Origin: Candidatus Poribacteria bacterium
GTDB taxonomy: Bacteria > Poribacteria > WGA-4E > WGA-3G
Length of the DNA stretch: 64,000 nucleotides
Reading direction: 5' to 3'
Assembly: GCA_963665235.2 (NCBI GenBank)
Contig: CAXXLX010000001.1
Coordinates: 544,001-608,000, forward strand
Shown here in pieces: positions 52,289 to 61,282 of the stretch; position 1 is the first letter of the stretch; each line of letters opens with the position of its first letter. Both the position numbers and the translations under genes were made by a program. The notes under the pieces are model-generated. The model ran no database searches. It saw only the letters and a program-made list of their open reading frames with translations, and was not told the DNA's origin.

Positions 52289-52987
52289 TTACAAAATTCC
52301 GTATCTATCATAAACCTCTCTAAGGGTTGCGCCCTCAAGAAGTGCGTCCCGGGTACGGTTTTCACCCTTAACCTTCTCCAGCGCAGCCTGAATTACCGCT
52401 GTTTCCACGGTGTGTGGTATCACAACCACGCCATCAGCATCGCCGAAGACGATATCGCCAGGGTTAACCGTGACCCCCGCACATTCTATCGGGACGTTAT
52501 ACGCGACAACCTCTCCGCGGCCGTTAGAGTCTACAGGTGACAGGCCGGTTGTAAAGATAGGAAACTGCATCGCCATGATTTTGCGTGCGTCCCGGATGAA
52601 TCCATCAATAATTGCCCCGCGTGCTCCGCGCGCCCGCGCTGCCGTTGAAAGCAATTCACCCCAAAAGCAGATACGGGTGCTGCCGTTGGTAGAGCAGACT
52701 AGGACATCGTCCTGTTTAAGGCTGTCTACCGCTGCGATTTCCTGTTGATACGGTTCATCAGGAATTTCGTAGACCTCCAAGCAGAGGACAGGCATTGCAC
52801 GACCGACAACGATTGTCTCTGGCAGCAACGGCCGGAGTGTGTGTTTCAGTGCCTGCTTGCGGAACCCTGCTGCATCTAGGGCATCCGAAATTACGGCAGC
52901 ATATAACTGCGACTCCATCATATCAAACAGCTCTGTATCGTTTTCCCACGCTCTATTTTCTTCGGTTTCTGTGATGGTTTGAATCAT
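52289..52987 (-). CDS. RraA/HMG aldolase family protein
   Basis: WGEL, DGFIRD and PGDIVFGDADGVV motifs. Confidence 0.88.
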   Translation of the reverse strand: MIQTITETEENRAWENDTELFDMMESQLYAAVISDALDAAGFRKQALKHTLRPLLPETIVVGRAMPVLCLEVYEIPDEPYQQEIAAVDSLKQDDVLVCSTNGSTRICFWGELLSTAARARGARGAIIDGFIRDARKIMAMQFPIFTTGLSPVDSNGRGEVVAYNVPIECAGVTVNPGDIVFGDADGVVVIPHTVETAVIQAALEKVKGENRTRDALLEGATLREVYDRYGIL

Positions 52988-53027
52988 GGGACCTCCGTAT
53001 CTGTCCATAACGAACCGTGAGGCAATA

Positions 53028-53555
53028 CTAATAATTTTGATAACCGACCTCTTGGAGTCGTGCTGCTTTCTCCGCAACGCCGTCACTTAATTTCTTTTTA
53101 TAGGCGAGCAGTTTCGCTTCGAGTTCGGGGTCTTGAAGTGCCAAAATTTGGACAGCAAATAGACCCGCGTTCCTTGCACCGCCTGACCCGATGGCCATTG
53201 TCCCGACAGGAATGCCCGGGGGCATCTGTACTGTCGCGTAAAGTGCATCAACACCGTTGAGGGGCCCGCCATCAATTGGTACACCGATAACCGGCAACGT
53301 TGTGTGTGCGGCGATAACGCCTGCAAGATGTGCAGCGCGTCCCGCACCGGCGATGATTACCTGCCCACCCTCTGCTTTAATCTTTTCTGTCCACGCCAAC
53401 GTTCGTTCCGGGGAACGGTGTGCTGAAGATACGGTTATCTCAAACGGGACCTCAAATTCCTCTAAAACCTTCGCGGCTTCTGCCATCTTCTCTAAATCGG
53501 AATCACTCCCCATGACAATACCAACTATGGGGGTTTTCTGTTCTTGAACGGACAT
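53028..53555 (-). CDS. purE: N5-CAIR mutase
   Basis: MGSDSD, SAHR, AAHLAG and QMPPGIPV motifs. Confidence 0.95.
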   Translation of the reverse strand: MSVQEQKTPIVGIVMGSDSDLEKMAEAAKVLEEFEVPFEITVSSAHRSPERTLAWTEKIKAEGGQVIIAGAGRAAHLAGVIAAHTTLPVIGVPIDGGPLNGVDALYATVQMPPGIPVGTMAIGSGGARNAGLFAVQILALQDPELEAKLLAYKKKLSDGVAEKAARLQEVGYQNY

Positions 53556-53647
53556 ATCTGTACTGGACCTCTTACGTATAGGTTGTCTGTGTAGGGCGCG
53601 TTTTATAAGCACGCGCCTCGGTTGAATTCGTGCTCCAGAGAGCACGT

Positions 53648-54442
53648 CTATTGTGGATAAACAATATGTGAATTTCTTTCAATGATAAGCGGTTTGGGAC
53701 CATCCGCTGGAAATTGGGATGCCCACTCGTTCGGATTATAATCACGGGTGACGAAACATGCACGATGTACTGGCACCGCGTGCTTCAAACCGATACGCGT
53801 CGCCATTTTGACACAACCCGCGTAGAACGGAAATTCTCCCTCCGTCGGGTGATTTGTCAAGAAACCTATATCCGGTTGATGCGCTGCGACTGCTGAAATC
53901 AGGCTGTCATGGTCAGCAAAATTATTTATCGGGTCGCCGCTGAAGTAGAGCGTGACCCCATCGCAAGCGATGACATATCCCAGGTGTGTAACATCTGGAG
54001 GAGCTATATCAGCGGATGCGTCGCCTTCGGGCGGTTTTGCATAGACAGCGTGCACGGTAAATCCATCTAGTGTTGTAGAGTCGCCCGCGCGAATCTCTGA
54101 AACGTTAGCCGCGGCAACATCTGTTGCAGACGAAATCTGATGCACACTCTCCTCCGGCCCGATAAATTGCGTTGACGTGGAGGTTTCCCAAATTCGGGAT
54201 ATAGATTCCGGGCACGTATGGTCGCCGTGTGCATGTGTCAACAGCACGAAATCGGTCGGGAGGTCGGCCTCATCGAGCGGCGGTTCGGTGTGGATAAAGC
54301 GGTCCGATGGACGGTTCCGCGGGAAATACGGGTCAATTTGGACAATAGTGCCAGCCGAATTTTTCAGGGCAAAGCTGCTCTGTTCAAACCAATGAACAGC
54401 GATAATCCCTTCCGGCACCTTCAATTTAACAAGTGGATGCAT
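53648..54442 (-). CDS. MBL-fold metallo-hydrolase (UlaG-like)
   Basis: IDPY, THAHGDH and YFSGD motifs. Confidence 0.85.
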   Translation of the reverse strand: MHPLVKLKVPEGIIAVHWFEQSSFALKNSAGTIVQIDPYFPRNRPSDRFIHTEPPLDEADLPTDFVLLTHAHGDHTCPESISRIWETSTSTQFIGPEESVHQISSATDVAAANVSEIRAGDSTTLDGFTVHAVYAKPPEGDASADIAPPDVTHLGYVIACDGVTLYFSGDPINNFADHDSLISAVAAHQPDIGFLTNHPTEGEFPFYAGCVKMATRIGLKHAVPVHRACFVTRDYNPNEWASQFPADGPKPLIIERNSHIVYPQ

Positions 54443-54443
54443 A

Positions 54444-54830
54444 TTATTTCTTTTTCCTTCTGTTTCGATAATAGAGATAAACCGTTAGCACACCGACAAT
54501 TGCTCCTACGACATCGGCAACCCAATCTGCAAGGGTGGCGAATCTACCGGGGACGAAGGTCTGATGCCATTCATCGCTTGCCCCGTAGAGAATTGAGATG
54601 AGTGCAGCGGTAATCCATATCCAATTTGCGGGTAACCATCTCGGTGGCGCGTTCACAAACGCAATCGCCAGCAATCCGCCGAGTATACCGTATTCAATAA
54701 TGTGGTAGATTTTGTCAATCGTGAGCCACTCCAATTTCGGCATCGGCAGCGGTGGCTGCTTCAAGGACGAGCCAACAAAAATCAGTACCATGTAGAGCAC
54801 GGGTGGTGCCCAATATTTAAGAGAGCGCAT
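54444..54830 (-). CDS. VanZ family membrane protein
   Basis: DKIYHIIEY and [15 protein letters not shown] motifs. Confidence 0.88.
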   Translation of the reverse strand: MRSLKYWAPPVLYMVLIFVGSSLKQPPLPMPKLEWLTIDKIYHIIEYGILGGLLAIAFVNAPPRWLPANWIWITAALISILYGASDEWHQTFVPGRFATLADWVADVVGAIVGVLTVYLYYRNRRKKK

Positions 54831-56781
54831 TGAGAATTGCATCCACGTCGTAGACACAGCCGCCCCAGGTGCCGCCGCCGACCGCTTGGAGAGCTGCCCA
54901 CAATCTTGTATCATCTGGCAACGCTGCGTCAGATGCAAGGTCGGGGCGCGGCTGTCGTTCTGCTAATACCTGTTCCCCTGCTTTAGCTCCAAAGTGTTCG
55001 CTGCCGTGTCCGACAAGGTCGATGCTTCCTAACAGCTGCCGCGTGTCAATCTGAATCTGGATGATGTCGCCATCGAGCACCTTTCCGATGGGACCGCCCG
55101 CAAGTGCCTCCGGGCCGACATGTCCAATACACGCGCCGGTTGAAACACCCGAGAAACGGGCATCTGTAATCAGGGCGATGTGTTTGCCGAACGAGAGGTG
55201 TTTGAGGGCGGAGGTCAGTTGATAAACCTCCTCCATGCCTGTGCCCAGTGGTCCACGGCAACACAACACCATAATATCGCCCGGCTTGATGTTTACTGTG
55301 CCTTGTCCTTTAAGCGTCTGTATTGCATCAGATTCCCGAACGAAGACACGCGCGGGGCCTGTCATTCGATATACACCGTCGGCATCGACGACGCTTGGGT
55401 CAATGGCGGTGCTTTTAATGACCGAGCCCTCTGGTGCAAGATTGCCGCGCGGAAATGTGACGGTGCTTGTTAATCCCGCTGCCTTCGCGGCATCCGGGTT
55501 CAAAATAACCTCATCTGGGGCAACCCCATCCCTTTCTGTTAGCAATTCTCGGACGCGTGCGCGCCGTTCAGAGGTTTCCCACCAATCCAAGTTTCTACCG
55601 AGAGGTTCACCTGTTGCTGTCAGCACGTCTTCGTTGAGGAGCCCGCCCAATTGCCGTAGGTGTAGCATGACTTCAGGCACACCGCCCGCAAGAAAAACAC
55701 GGATTGTCGGATGCCCTATCGGTCCGTTCGGTAGGACATCGACGAGACGCGGCACGCGCTGATTGACTTCAGTCCACTCATCTACCGTTGGACGTTGGAG
55801 CCCCGCAGCGTGAGCAATGGCAGGAATATGCAGCAGGAGATTCGTAGAACCACCAAACGCTGCATGCACGACCATGGCGTTCCGAATCGCTGCCGATGTG
55901 ACGATATCCGCCATCGTTAACCCCTTCGCTGCCAGATTGACGACTGCCCTTGCAGAACGCAGGCCCATATCCGACCAGATGTTCTGTCCTGATGGGGCTA
56001 ACGCTGTATGTGTTAAACTCATCCCTAACGCCTCGCCGACAACCTGTGACGTTGCGGCGGTTCCGAGAAATTGACAGCCGCCGCCGGGGGTTGCACAGGC
56101 TCGGCATCCCATATCGGCTGCGTCTTGTAGACTTATTTCACCGTGTGCGAACCGTGCCCCGATGGTCTGAATTTTTCCTGCATCCTCACCCGTAGTGGGC
56201 GGCAGCGTTACGCCGCCAGGGACGAGAACTGCCGGTAATTCACGCATTGAGGCGAGTGCCATCATCATTGCGGGCAACCCTTTATCGCAGGTGGCAACAC
56301 CGACTACCCCTTTTCGGGTCGGAAGGGAACGGATGAGTCTTCTGAAAATCTGGGCTGCATCGTTACGATAGGCGAGGCTATCCATCATGCCGACGGTGCC
56401 TTGTGTTCTGCCGTCACACGGGTCGGAGCAGTAGCCAGCAAACGGAATTGCTGCCTTTTTGAGTTCATGGGCGACCGCTTGCATGAGAAGACCGACCTCC
56501 CAATGGCCGGTGTGATACCCCAATGCAATGGGGCTGCCATCCGGTGCGCGGATACCGCCCTGTGTGCTGAGAATCAGGAATTCTTCTCTACGCAGTTCTG
56601 TCGGTGCCCATCCCATTGCGGTGTTGTGGCTCAATCCGAAGATATCGCCACTCGGTCGCGTCAGGAGCATCTCTGCTGTGAGGGGTAGACTGCCTTCGGG
56701 TCCAGCGGCGTGGGTTTGGATGTCATAGATGTCGCTGTCGCCGGTTTCTAAAATGTCGGTGTAGTTAATCGATTTTGCCAT
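54817..56781 (-). CDS. YjhG/YagF-family D-xylonate dehydratase (IlvD/Edd family)
   Basis: [30 protein letters not shown] and TDARFSG motifs. Confidence 0.9.
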   Translation of the reverse strand: MAKSINYTDILETGDSDIYDIQTHAAGPEGSLPLTAEMLLTRPSGDIFGLSHNTAMGWAPTELRREEFLILSTQGGIRAPDGSPIALGYHTGHWEVGLLMQAVAHELKKAAIPFAGYCSDPCDGRTQGTVGMMDSLAYRNDAAQIFRRLIRSLPTRKGVVGVATCDKGLPAMMMALASMRELPAVLVPGGVTLPPTTGEDAGKIQTIGARFAHGEISLQDAADMGCRACATPGGGCQFLGTAATSQVVGEALGMSLTHTALAPSGQNIWSDMGLRSARAVVNLAAKGLTMADIVTSAAIRNAMVVHAAFGGSTNLLLHIPAIAHAAGLQRPTVDEWTEVNQRVPRLVDVLPNGPIGHPTIRVFLAGGVPEVMLHLRQLGGLLNEDVLTATGEPLGRNLDWWETSERRARVRELLTERDGVAPDEVILNPDAAKAAGLTSTVTFPRGNLAPEGSVIKSTAIDPSVVDADGVYRMTGPARVFVRESDAIQTLKGQGTVNIKPGDIMVLCCRGPLGTGMEEVYQLTSALKHLSFGKHIALITDARFSGVSTGACIGHVGPEALAGGPIGKVLDGDIIQIQIDTRQLLGSIDLVGHGSEHFGAKAGEQVLAERQPRPDLASDAALPDDTRLWAALQAVGGGTWGGCVYDVDAILNALS

Positions 56782-56836
56782 GATGTGTTCTCTTTTCTAT
56801 CTATAGGATTTTCAACCGCTGAGTCGCTTTTATCCA

Positions 56837-57250
56837 TCAATTTAACCATTCCCAAAGTGTTAGATAATCATCGCGCCTGAGAAAATCTTCGCGCATCTCT
56901 GTGTCAATATTTATGCCCCAGACCTGGATGTACTCAGATTCATTTTCCCCAATCTGAATATGCAACCTCCGTTTTTCTTCGGACCATTCTACAGTTACAT
57001 AACCACTTTCATCACTAGAGATAAATGGCGTAAGCCAAGAATGTCCGGCAGAAATGATTGAATCAAAAAAATCTTCTATGAGAGATTTAGCATGGACTAG
57101 GGTTAACTCGGTCGGCTTTTTGGAGTCGTATCCATCCCAATTGTCTTCCCGTTGCGCTAGGACATCAAATCGCTCCGATAGCTTACGTTTTTGATGAGAT
57201 AGGAGCGTTGCCCCTAAGAATTCGGCGCGGTTTCTATTTGGAGTAGTCAA
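56837..57250 (-). CDS. NWDGY-domain hypothetical protein, separated from its first 7 codons by an IS
   Basis: Paralog of the C-terminal half of 59285..60016. The original start MSKPEKI at 58733-58711 rejoins in frame when the IS is removed. Confidence 0.75.
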   Translation of the reverse strand: MTTPNRNRAEFLGATLLSHQKRKLSERFDVLAQREDNWDGYDSKKPTELTLVHAKSLIEDFFDSIISAGHSWLTPFISSDESGYVTVEWSEEKRRLHIQIGENESEYIQVWGINIDTEMREDFLRRDDYLTLWEWLN

Positions 57251-58509
57251 CTACCCAAGCCTAAAGACTTGTGCCTATTAAGAGCATCGAACAGCGTTAA
57301 CTGTACCGCGTCTATTAAACCTTTGTCTCGTGCTTCGTTCTTGTTTCTCGCTTCATAGAGGGTGGTAACCCACCGCTCTCCACGAAAGGCAGCAGCTGCC
57401 TTAAAAAGAATGTTTAATGCAGCGTTGTGGTCTCGGTCTAAAGACGTGCCACAGAAACTGCAATTAAAGGTCCGTATCGCCAGAGAGAGTTTCTTTGGCG
57501 ATTTCTGACCGCAACTTGAGCAGATTTGCGAAGTGTTTCTTGGATCAACTTGGTGGAAATGGAAACCGTCTCTTTCGGCTATATTTCCGCACCACTCAAA
57601 GAAGGTTGCCCAAGATGCATCGCTAATACTCTTGCTGAGGTGTTTGTTCTTGACCATGTTAGAAACGCTTAAGGCCTCTGCCACTAATACACTGTTTTTC
57701 TTGTGGTGGTAGAGTTTGTAGATGAGTTTACCAATAAAGTCTTTGCGTCTGTTCGCGGTTCGCTCATGGTGTAATGATAGTTTGTGTTGTTGTTTCTTTG
57801 AACGGTTGCTACCTTTTTTCTTTCGAGAAAGGTCTTTGGAATGTTTTTGGGTTAAACCTTCTGCTTGACGATACCAGCGTGGGTTGTTCTCTTTTTCGCC
57901 TTCGGATGTTGTCAGATAATGCATCGTTCCCATATCAACAGCTATAGCAGTTGTTGGGTCAACCTTCGGTGTGTCCGTGAGTTCACAGGTAATATGAGCA
58001 TACCAGCCACTTGCTTTTTTTACCAGCGTAACGCCTTTAGCATCGCCTTGAAGCGGGCGGTGCATATAGATTTTGACTTCGCCAAGTTTGGGGACTTTCA
58101 AACGGTCGTGTTTCCATGCTGTTTCGCGTATCGGATGCTCGCGAATACCTTTGGACTTGCGGAGTTTCCACGACATAGACTTTATGCTTTTTCTGTGCCT
58201 TGGATACCCTTTTTTCGCAGTGCCTTCTTTGCAGCGTCTATAGAAACCGTCGAAGGCTTTATCGTTACGTTCCAAAGCACAGACTTGCATATCTTGTGGG
58301 ACTTCGCGAAAGTCTTCGTATTTTTTACGCGCAACCGTCAACTTCCGTTGTTGGTCGTAGCAAGAAACTTTTTCGCGTTCCGTTTCCCAAGCGACCTTGC
58401 GATCATGGCGAGCAGAGTTCTGAAGTTCACACAAATGGGCAAGCCAGTCTAATAATGTTGTTTCCTGTGTTTTCGTAGGATACACAGGGTATCTGAAAGT
58501 TAGTTTCAT
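57247..58509 (-). CDS. tnpB: RNA-guided endonuclease TnpB
   Basis: FRYPVYPT N-terminus, RuvC residues in VDMG, AEAL and DRDHNAA, CSSC/CSFC zinc finger. Confidence 0.93.
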   Translation of the reverse strand: MKLTFRYPVYPTKTQETTLLDWLAHLCELQNSARHDRKVAWETEREKVSCYDQQRKLTVARKKYEDFREVPQDMQVCALERNDKAFDGFYRRCKEGTAKKGYPRHRKSIKSMSWKLRKSKGIREHPIRETAWKHDRLKVPKLGEVKIYMHRPLQGDAKGVTLVKKASGWYAHITCELTDTPKVDPTTAIAVDMGTMHYLTTSEGEKENNPRWYRQAEGLTQKHSKDLSRKKKGSNRSKKQQHKLSLHHERTANRRKDFIGKLIYKLYHHKKNSVLVAEALSVSNMVKNKHLSKSISDASWATFFEWCGNIAERDGFHFHQVDPRNTSQICSSCGQKSPKKLSLAIRTFNCSFCGTSLDRDHNAALNILFKAAAAFRGERWVTTLYEARNKNEARDKGLIDAVQLTLFDALNRHKSLGLGS

Positions 58510-58605
58510 GGTATATCAAGTATCAAGCGTTTATCCCCTTCTTAGTGGGAAGCGGACACATTACCAAGCGGTAACGCTAAGAATGTCCGCCAACTTGACA
58601 CTCTA

Positions 58606-58634
58606 ATTATACCATGTTTTGGGGTCAATGTCAA
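58606..58634 (-). promoter_or_regulatory. Consensus sigma70 promoter for tnpB
   Basis: TTGACA-17 nt-TATAAT with an extended TG. Confidence 0.8.
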
Positions 58635-58830
58635 GTTAAAAACGATGTACCAACGGGGTTAGCGGGCTTTCCTCCCAAAGCTAAAGCATTGGGCTTCTCG
58701 CCCGAAGAAGGTGATTTTTTCCGGTTTGCTCATAACGGCATACTCTCAAATTTTTGAGGTTGTAGGTCAGGGCCATCTTCAATAGAGACAGCCCGTATAT
58801 TTAGAGGTACAAACTAGCGGAGTGCTTGTT

Positions 58831-59292
58831 TCACCTTGTCCCGGGTTCTAATGTCCATCCGTTTTTAGTAGCTAGCTTAGCAAGTGCAACCCGAAGCTTT
58901 CTAAATGTCTTACCTTTCTTGCTATCTGTGCCAAGAAATTCGGGATTCACAATAATTTGTGAGTGGGCGGAATTTTCAGGAGTAGGAGCATAGATAATGT
59001 CTACAGTGTGAACCGTATTTTTATCCTCATTTTTTGTTTCCACCTCTTTTATTGCGCGAACATCATGAGCTATAAGACTAACAATACCATCCGTTTCTTG
59101 TAACCTAGAGAGAGAAGGATCGAATCCTCTTAGTTTCGCTCTATCTACGGACGGTTCTTTATTCCTATCATTAAAAGCTGCGGACCGAATTATAAGTTTT
59201 CCTCTGTCAAAAAAGTACTCTTCAGCTACTGATTCGCCTCGGACACTTCGGTATAGCACCTCATTGTCCTGTACGGGGTCGTTTTTATCCAT
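58831..59292 (-). CDS. Hypothetical protein, possible ADP-ribosyltransferase/RES-like toxin fold
   Basis: LYRSV...AF...SVD...NSAHSQI pattern; overlaps the upstream gene. The fold call is inference. Confidence 0.6.
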   Translation of the reverse strand: MDKNDPVQDNEVLYRSVRGESVAEEYFFDRGKLIIRSAAFNDRNKEPSVDRAKLRGFDPSLSRLQETDGIVSLIAHDVRAIKEVETKNEDKNTVHTVDIIYAPTPENSAHSQIIVNPEFLGTDSKKGKTFRKLRVALAKLATKNGWTLEPGTR

Positions 59293-60016
59293 CAAGTAAC
59301 CATCCCCAAAGTGTTAAATAATCATCGCGCCTGAGAGAATCTTCGCGCATCTCTGTGTCAATATTCGTTCCCCATACTTGGAGATATTCCGCCACATTTT
59401 CTCCTATCTGAAGATGTAATTCTCTTTCTCCTTCATACCATTCTACAATTACATTACCATCTTCATCGCTAGAAATGAAAGGCACAACCCACGGATATCC
59501 AGCTACAACGATAGCCTCTAATATTCCTTCAATAAGAAGTTTTGCACGCGCTAGAGTTAGCTCGGTTGGCTTTTTGGAGTCATATCCATCCCAGTTATCC
59601 TCCCGTTGCGCTAGGACATCAAATCGCTCCGATATTTTATGTCTTTGCAAGTATAGGATAATTTTCTTCCTGAATTGCTCTTCGACTACATCATTAGTTG
59701 TGGATTCTCGCGACTGAGGAAATGCGAATGTATCCAATCGCATAGTTGTTACAGTTCTGTCGATAAGTTTATACGACTCTACTGCTTTAATATCTGCAGC
59801 CGCCGATTCTCTTCGATGAGAAATTTGGGAGGACTTTTCCTCAATAGTCAGCCGAGCAATTGTTTCAGCAAGGAAGAATAGATTTGGTATCCCCAGAGGA
59901 ATATTAGTACCTTCATGACTTCGATCCTGCAAGGGCTCCCCGTAAGCTATCGGTGATACTCCACTGGAAGATATTCCAGCAGTGATTCCTGAATATATCG
60001 CATTTTGTAAGGACAT
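59285..60016 (-). CDS. Hypothetical protein with a low-complexity N-terminus and NWDGY domain
   Basis: Operonic overlap with both neighbours; paralog at 56837; start uncertain. Confidence 0.7.
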   Translation of the reverse strand: MSLQNAIYSGITAGISSSGVSPIAYGEPLQDRSHEGTNIPLGIPNLFFLAETIARLTIEEKSSQISHRRESAAADIKAVESYKLIDRTVTTMRLDTFAFPQSRESTTNDVVEEQFRKKIILYLQRHKISERFDVLAQREDNWDGYDSKKPTELTLARAKLLIEGILEAIVVAGYPWVVPFISSDEDGNVIVEWYEGERELHLQIGENVAEYLQVWGTNIDTEMREDSLRRDDYLTLWGWLLDG

Positions 60017-60704
60017 CCTCTATTTCCTTCGTGTTGCTTTCAGAGTAGCAATCTACATCGATTATATACGATTTCTCATTAGCTAAGTGTTTGTGTCCGA
60101 AATTTCCAGATACTTCAGCCAGAGCATGAGCCACATTTGCTTTTACGTCTCCATCTCTGAATAAAGATACTTTTTGTAAAATATCGATATTTCTTGCTAT
60201 AGGTGTTGTTAATTCCGGAAAGATATGTTCCGGAACAAAAACCTCAACCTCTTGTTCCACGCGGGGCAGAAAGGTTTTATTGGCTATATCTCGATACCTA
60301 AGACCGAGGCGAGTAAAATAGGAAGGTTCATAGATTTCACTAAATAACCGTAAAACCTTTTCCAATCTTTCTCTAAAATCCGCATAATTTCTGTAATTTC
60401 CGCTACAAGTAAGAGCAATAAAATTCTTTGCTAAGGAGACTTTCCAATCTTTTTTTTCTGAAAAAAAATGGAACACTTTAGTTGTAGAAACTAGTTCCTC
60501 TAGCTCTTTAGGCACATTAGATGCTAAAATAGGCATATCTATATCTGAGGCAAGTTCTGGGTACCCTTCCTTCCGTAAAATATCCTGAAATTTGACTGGC
60601 CTCTCCTCGGAAATTCTCATGATTTCAGGAAAGCGGGCCTGAAATAAAACGTCAAATAGGATATTATGTTCATATTCTACCTTTTCGAATTCCTTAAAAT
60701 GCAT
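59913..60704 (-). CDS. TIGR04255-like family protein
   Basis: VLFQARFP, RLGLRY, IIDVDCY and terminal F-x-W-S-I-T pattern. Confidence 0.7.
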   Translation of the reverse strand: MHFKEFEKVEYEHNILFDVLFQARFPEIMRISEERPVKFQDILRKEGYPELASDIDMPILASNVPKELEELVSTTKVFHFFSEKKDWKVSLAKNFIALTCSGNYRNYADFRERLEKVLRLFSEIYEPSYFTRLGLRYRDIANKTFLPRVEQEVEVFVPEHIFPELTTPIARNIDILQKVSLFRDGDVKANVAHALAEVSGNFGHKHLANEKSYIIDVDCYSESNTKEIEDVLTKCDIFRNHCWNIFQWSITDSLRGALAGSKS

Positions 60705-60927
60705 GGGTTAAAAACCTCAGTTAACTGAATGTTAATAGAAACAAACGTTTCTCACGGATATTTTGAGGGTGTTACCTAAAAAATAATATTGCACGGCCGA
60801 ACGCAACCGTTTGCGCACAGACCTGACGTAAAATTAGGAACTCGCGTAAAATCGGACATGAAACCGTTCACAAAACCGACCGCGACCGTGTACACCGGCC
60901 CCTCCCATAAATTAACGAAAATATTAT

Positions 60928-61235
60928 AACGTGAGTTTAAAAAAAGTTTTCGCCCTCAACGTTCTCTGGTAGTTTTAGCAAAAAACAGCACAAACTAAAT
61001 GAAGATTAATTTTTAAAATCGGTAATTTCGGAACGGGTGATAAATCACCCTATTACAAACGCGTTCAGTATTCGGGCAAACAGTTTCCCGCTCCTCTGGG
61101 CAATTCATTGCCCATCGAATACCAAAATATTTATTTAAACTTCATAAAATTTATGCTACAATTATACCGCTTTTTTCGTCTTTTCGCCATCAAAAGTGTT
61201 TAGTACCAACGAATATTTATTGTCAAGCTCACGTT
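60928..61235 (-). mobile_element. Diverged MITE family A copy 4 with a nested ~147-bp insertion
   Basis: AACGTGAG...CTCACGTT ends. The nested element 60999-61145 has ATGAAG...CTTCAT ends and splits the internal REP hairpin. Confidence 0.75.
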
Positions 61236-61242
61236 AATTATA

Positions 61243-61271
61243 ATTATAGTATATTTTACAAAAAAAGTCAA
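61243..61271 (-). promoter_or_regulatory. Sigma70 promoter facing the TIGR04255 operon
   Basis: TTGACT-17 nt-TATAAT. Confidence 0.7.
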
Positions 61272-61282
61272 ACTTTTTTTCT

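Larger units (their letters stand above)
57246..58710 (-). mobile_element. IS1341-type (tnpB-only) IS605-family element
   Basis: Left end: TCAC target, 13 nt, GAAG, hairpin CCCAATGCTTTAGCTTTGGG. Right end: hairpin followed by TAGTTGAC. The flanks rejoin in frame. Confidence 0.9.

Noticed and set aside
57246-58710. IStron (group I intron-IS hybrid)
   Set aside because: Only ~200 bp lie between the left end and tnpB, much of it promoter, and no group I core elements were recognised.
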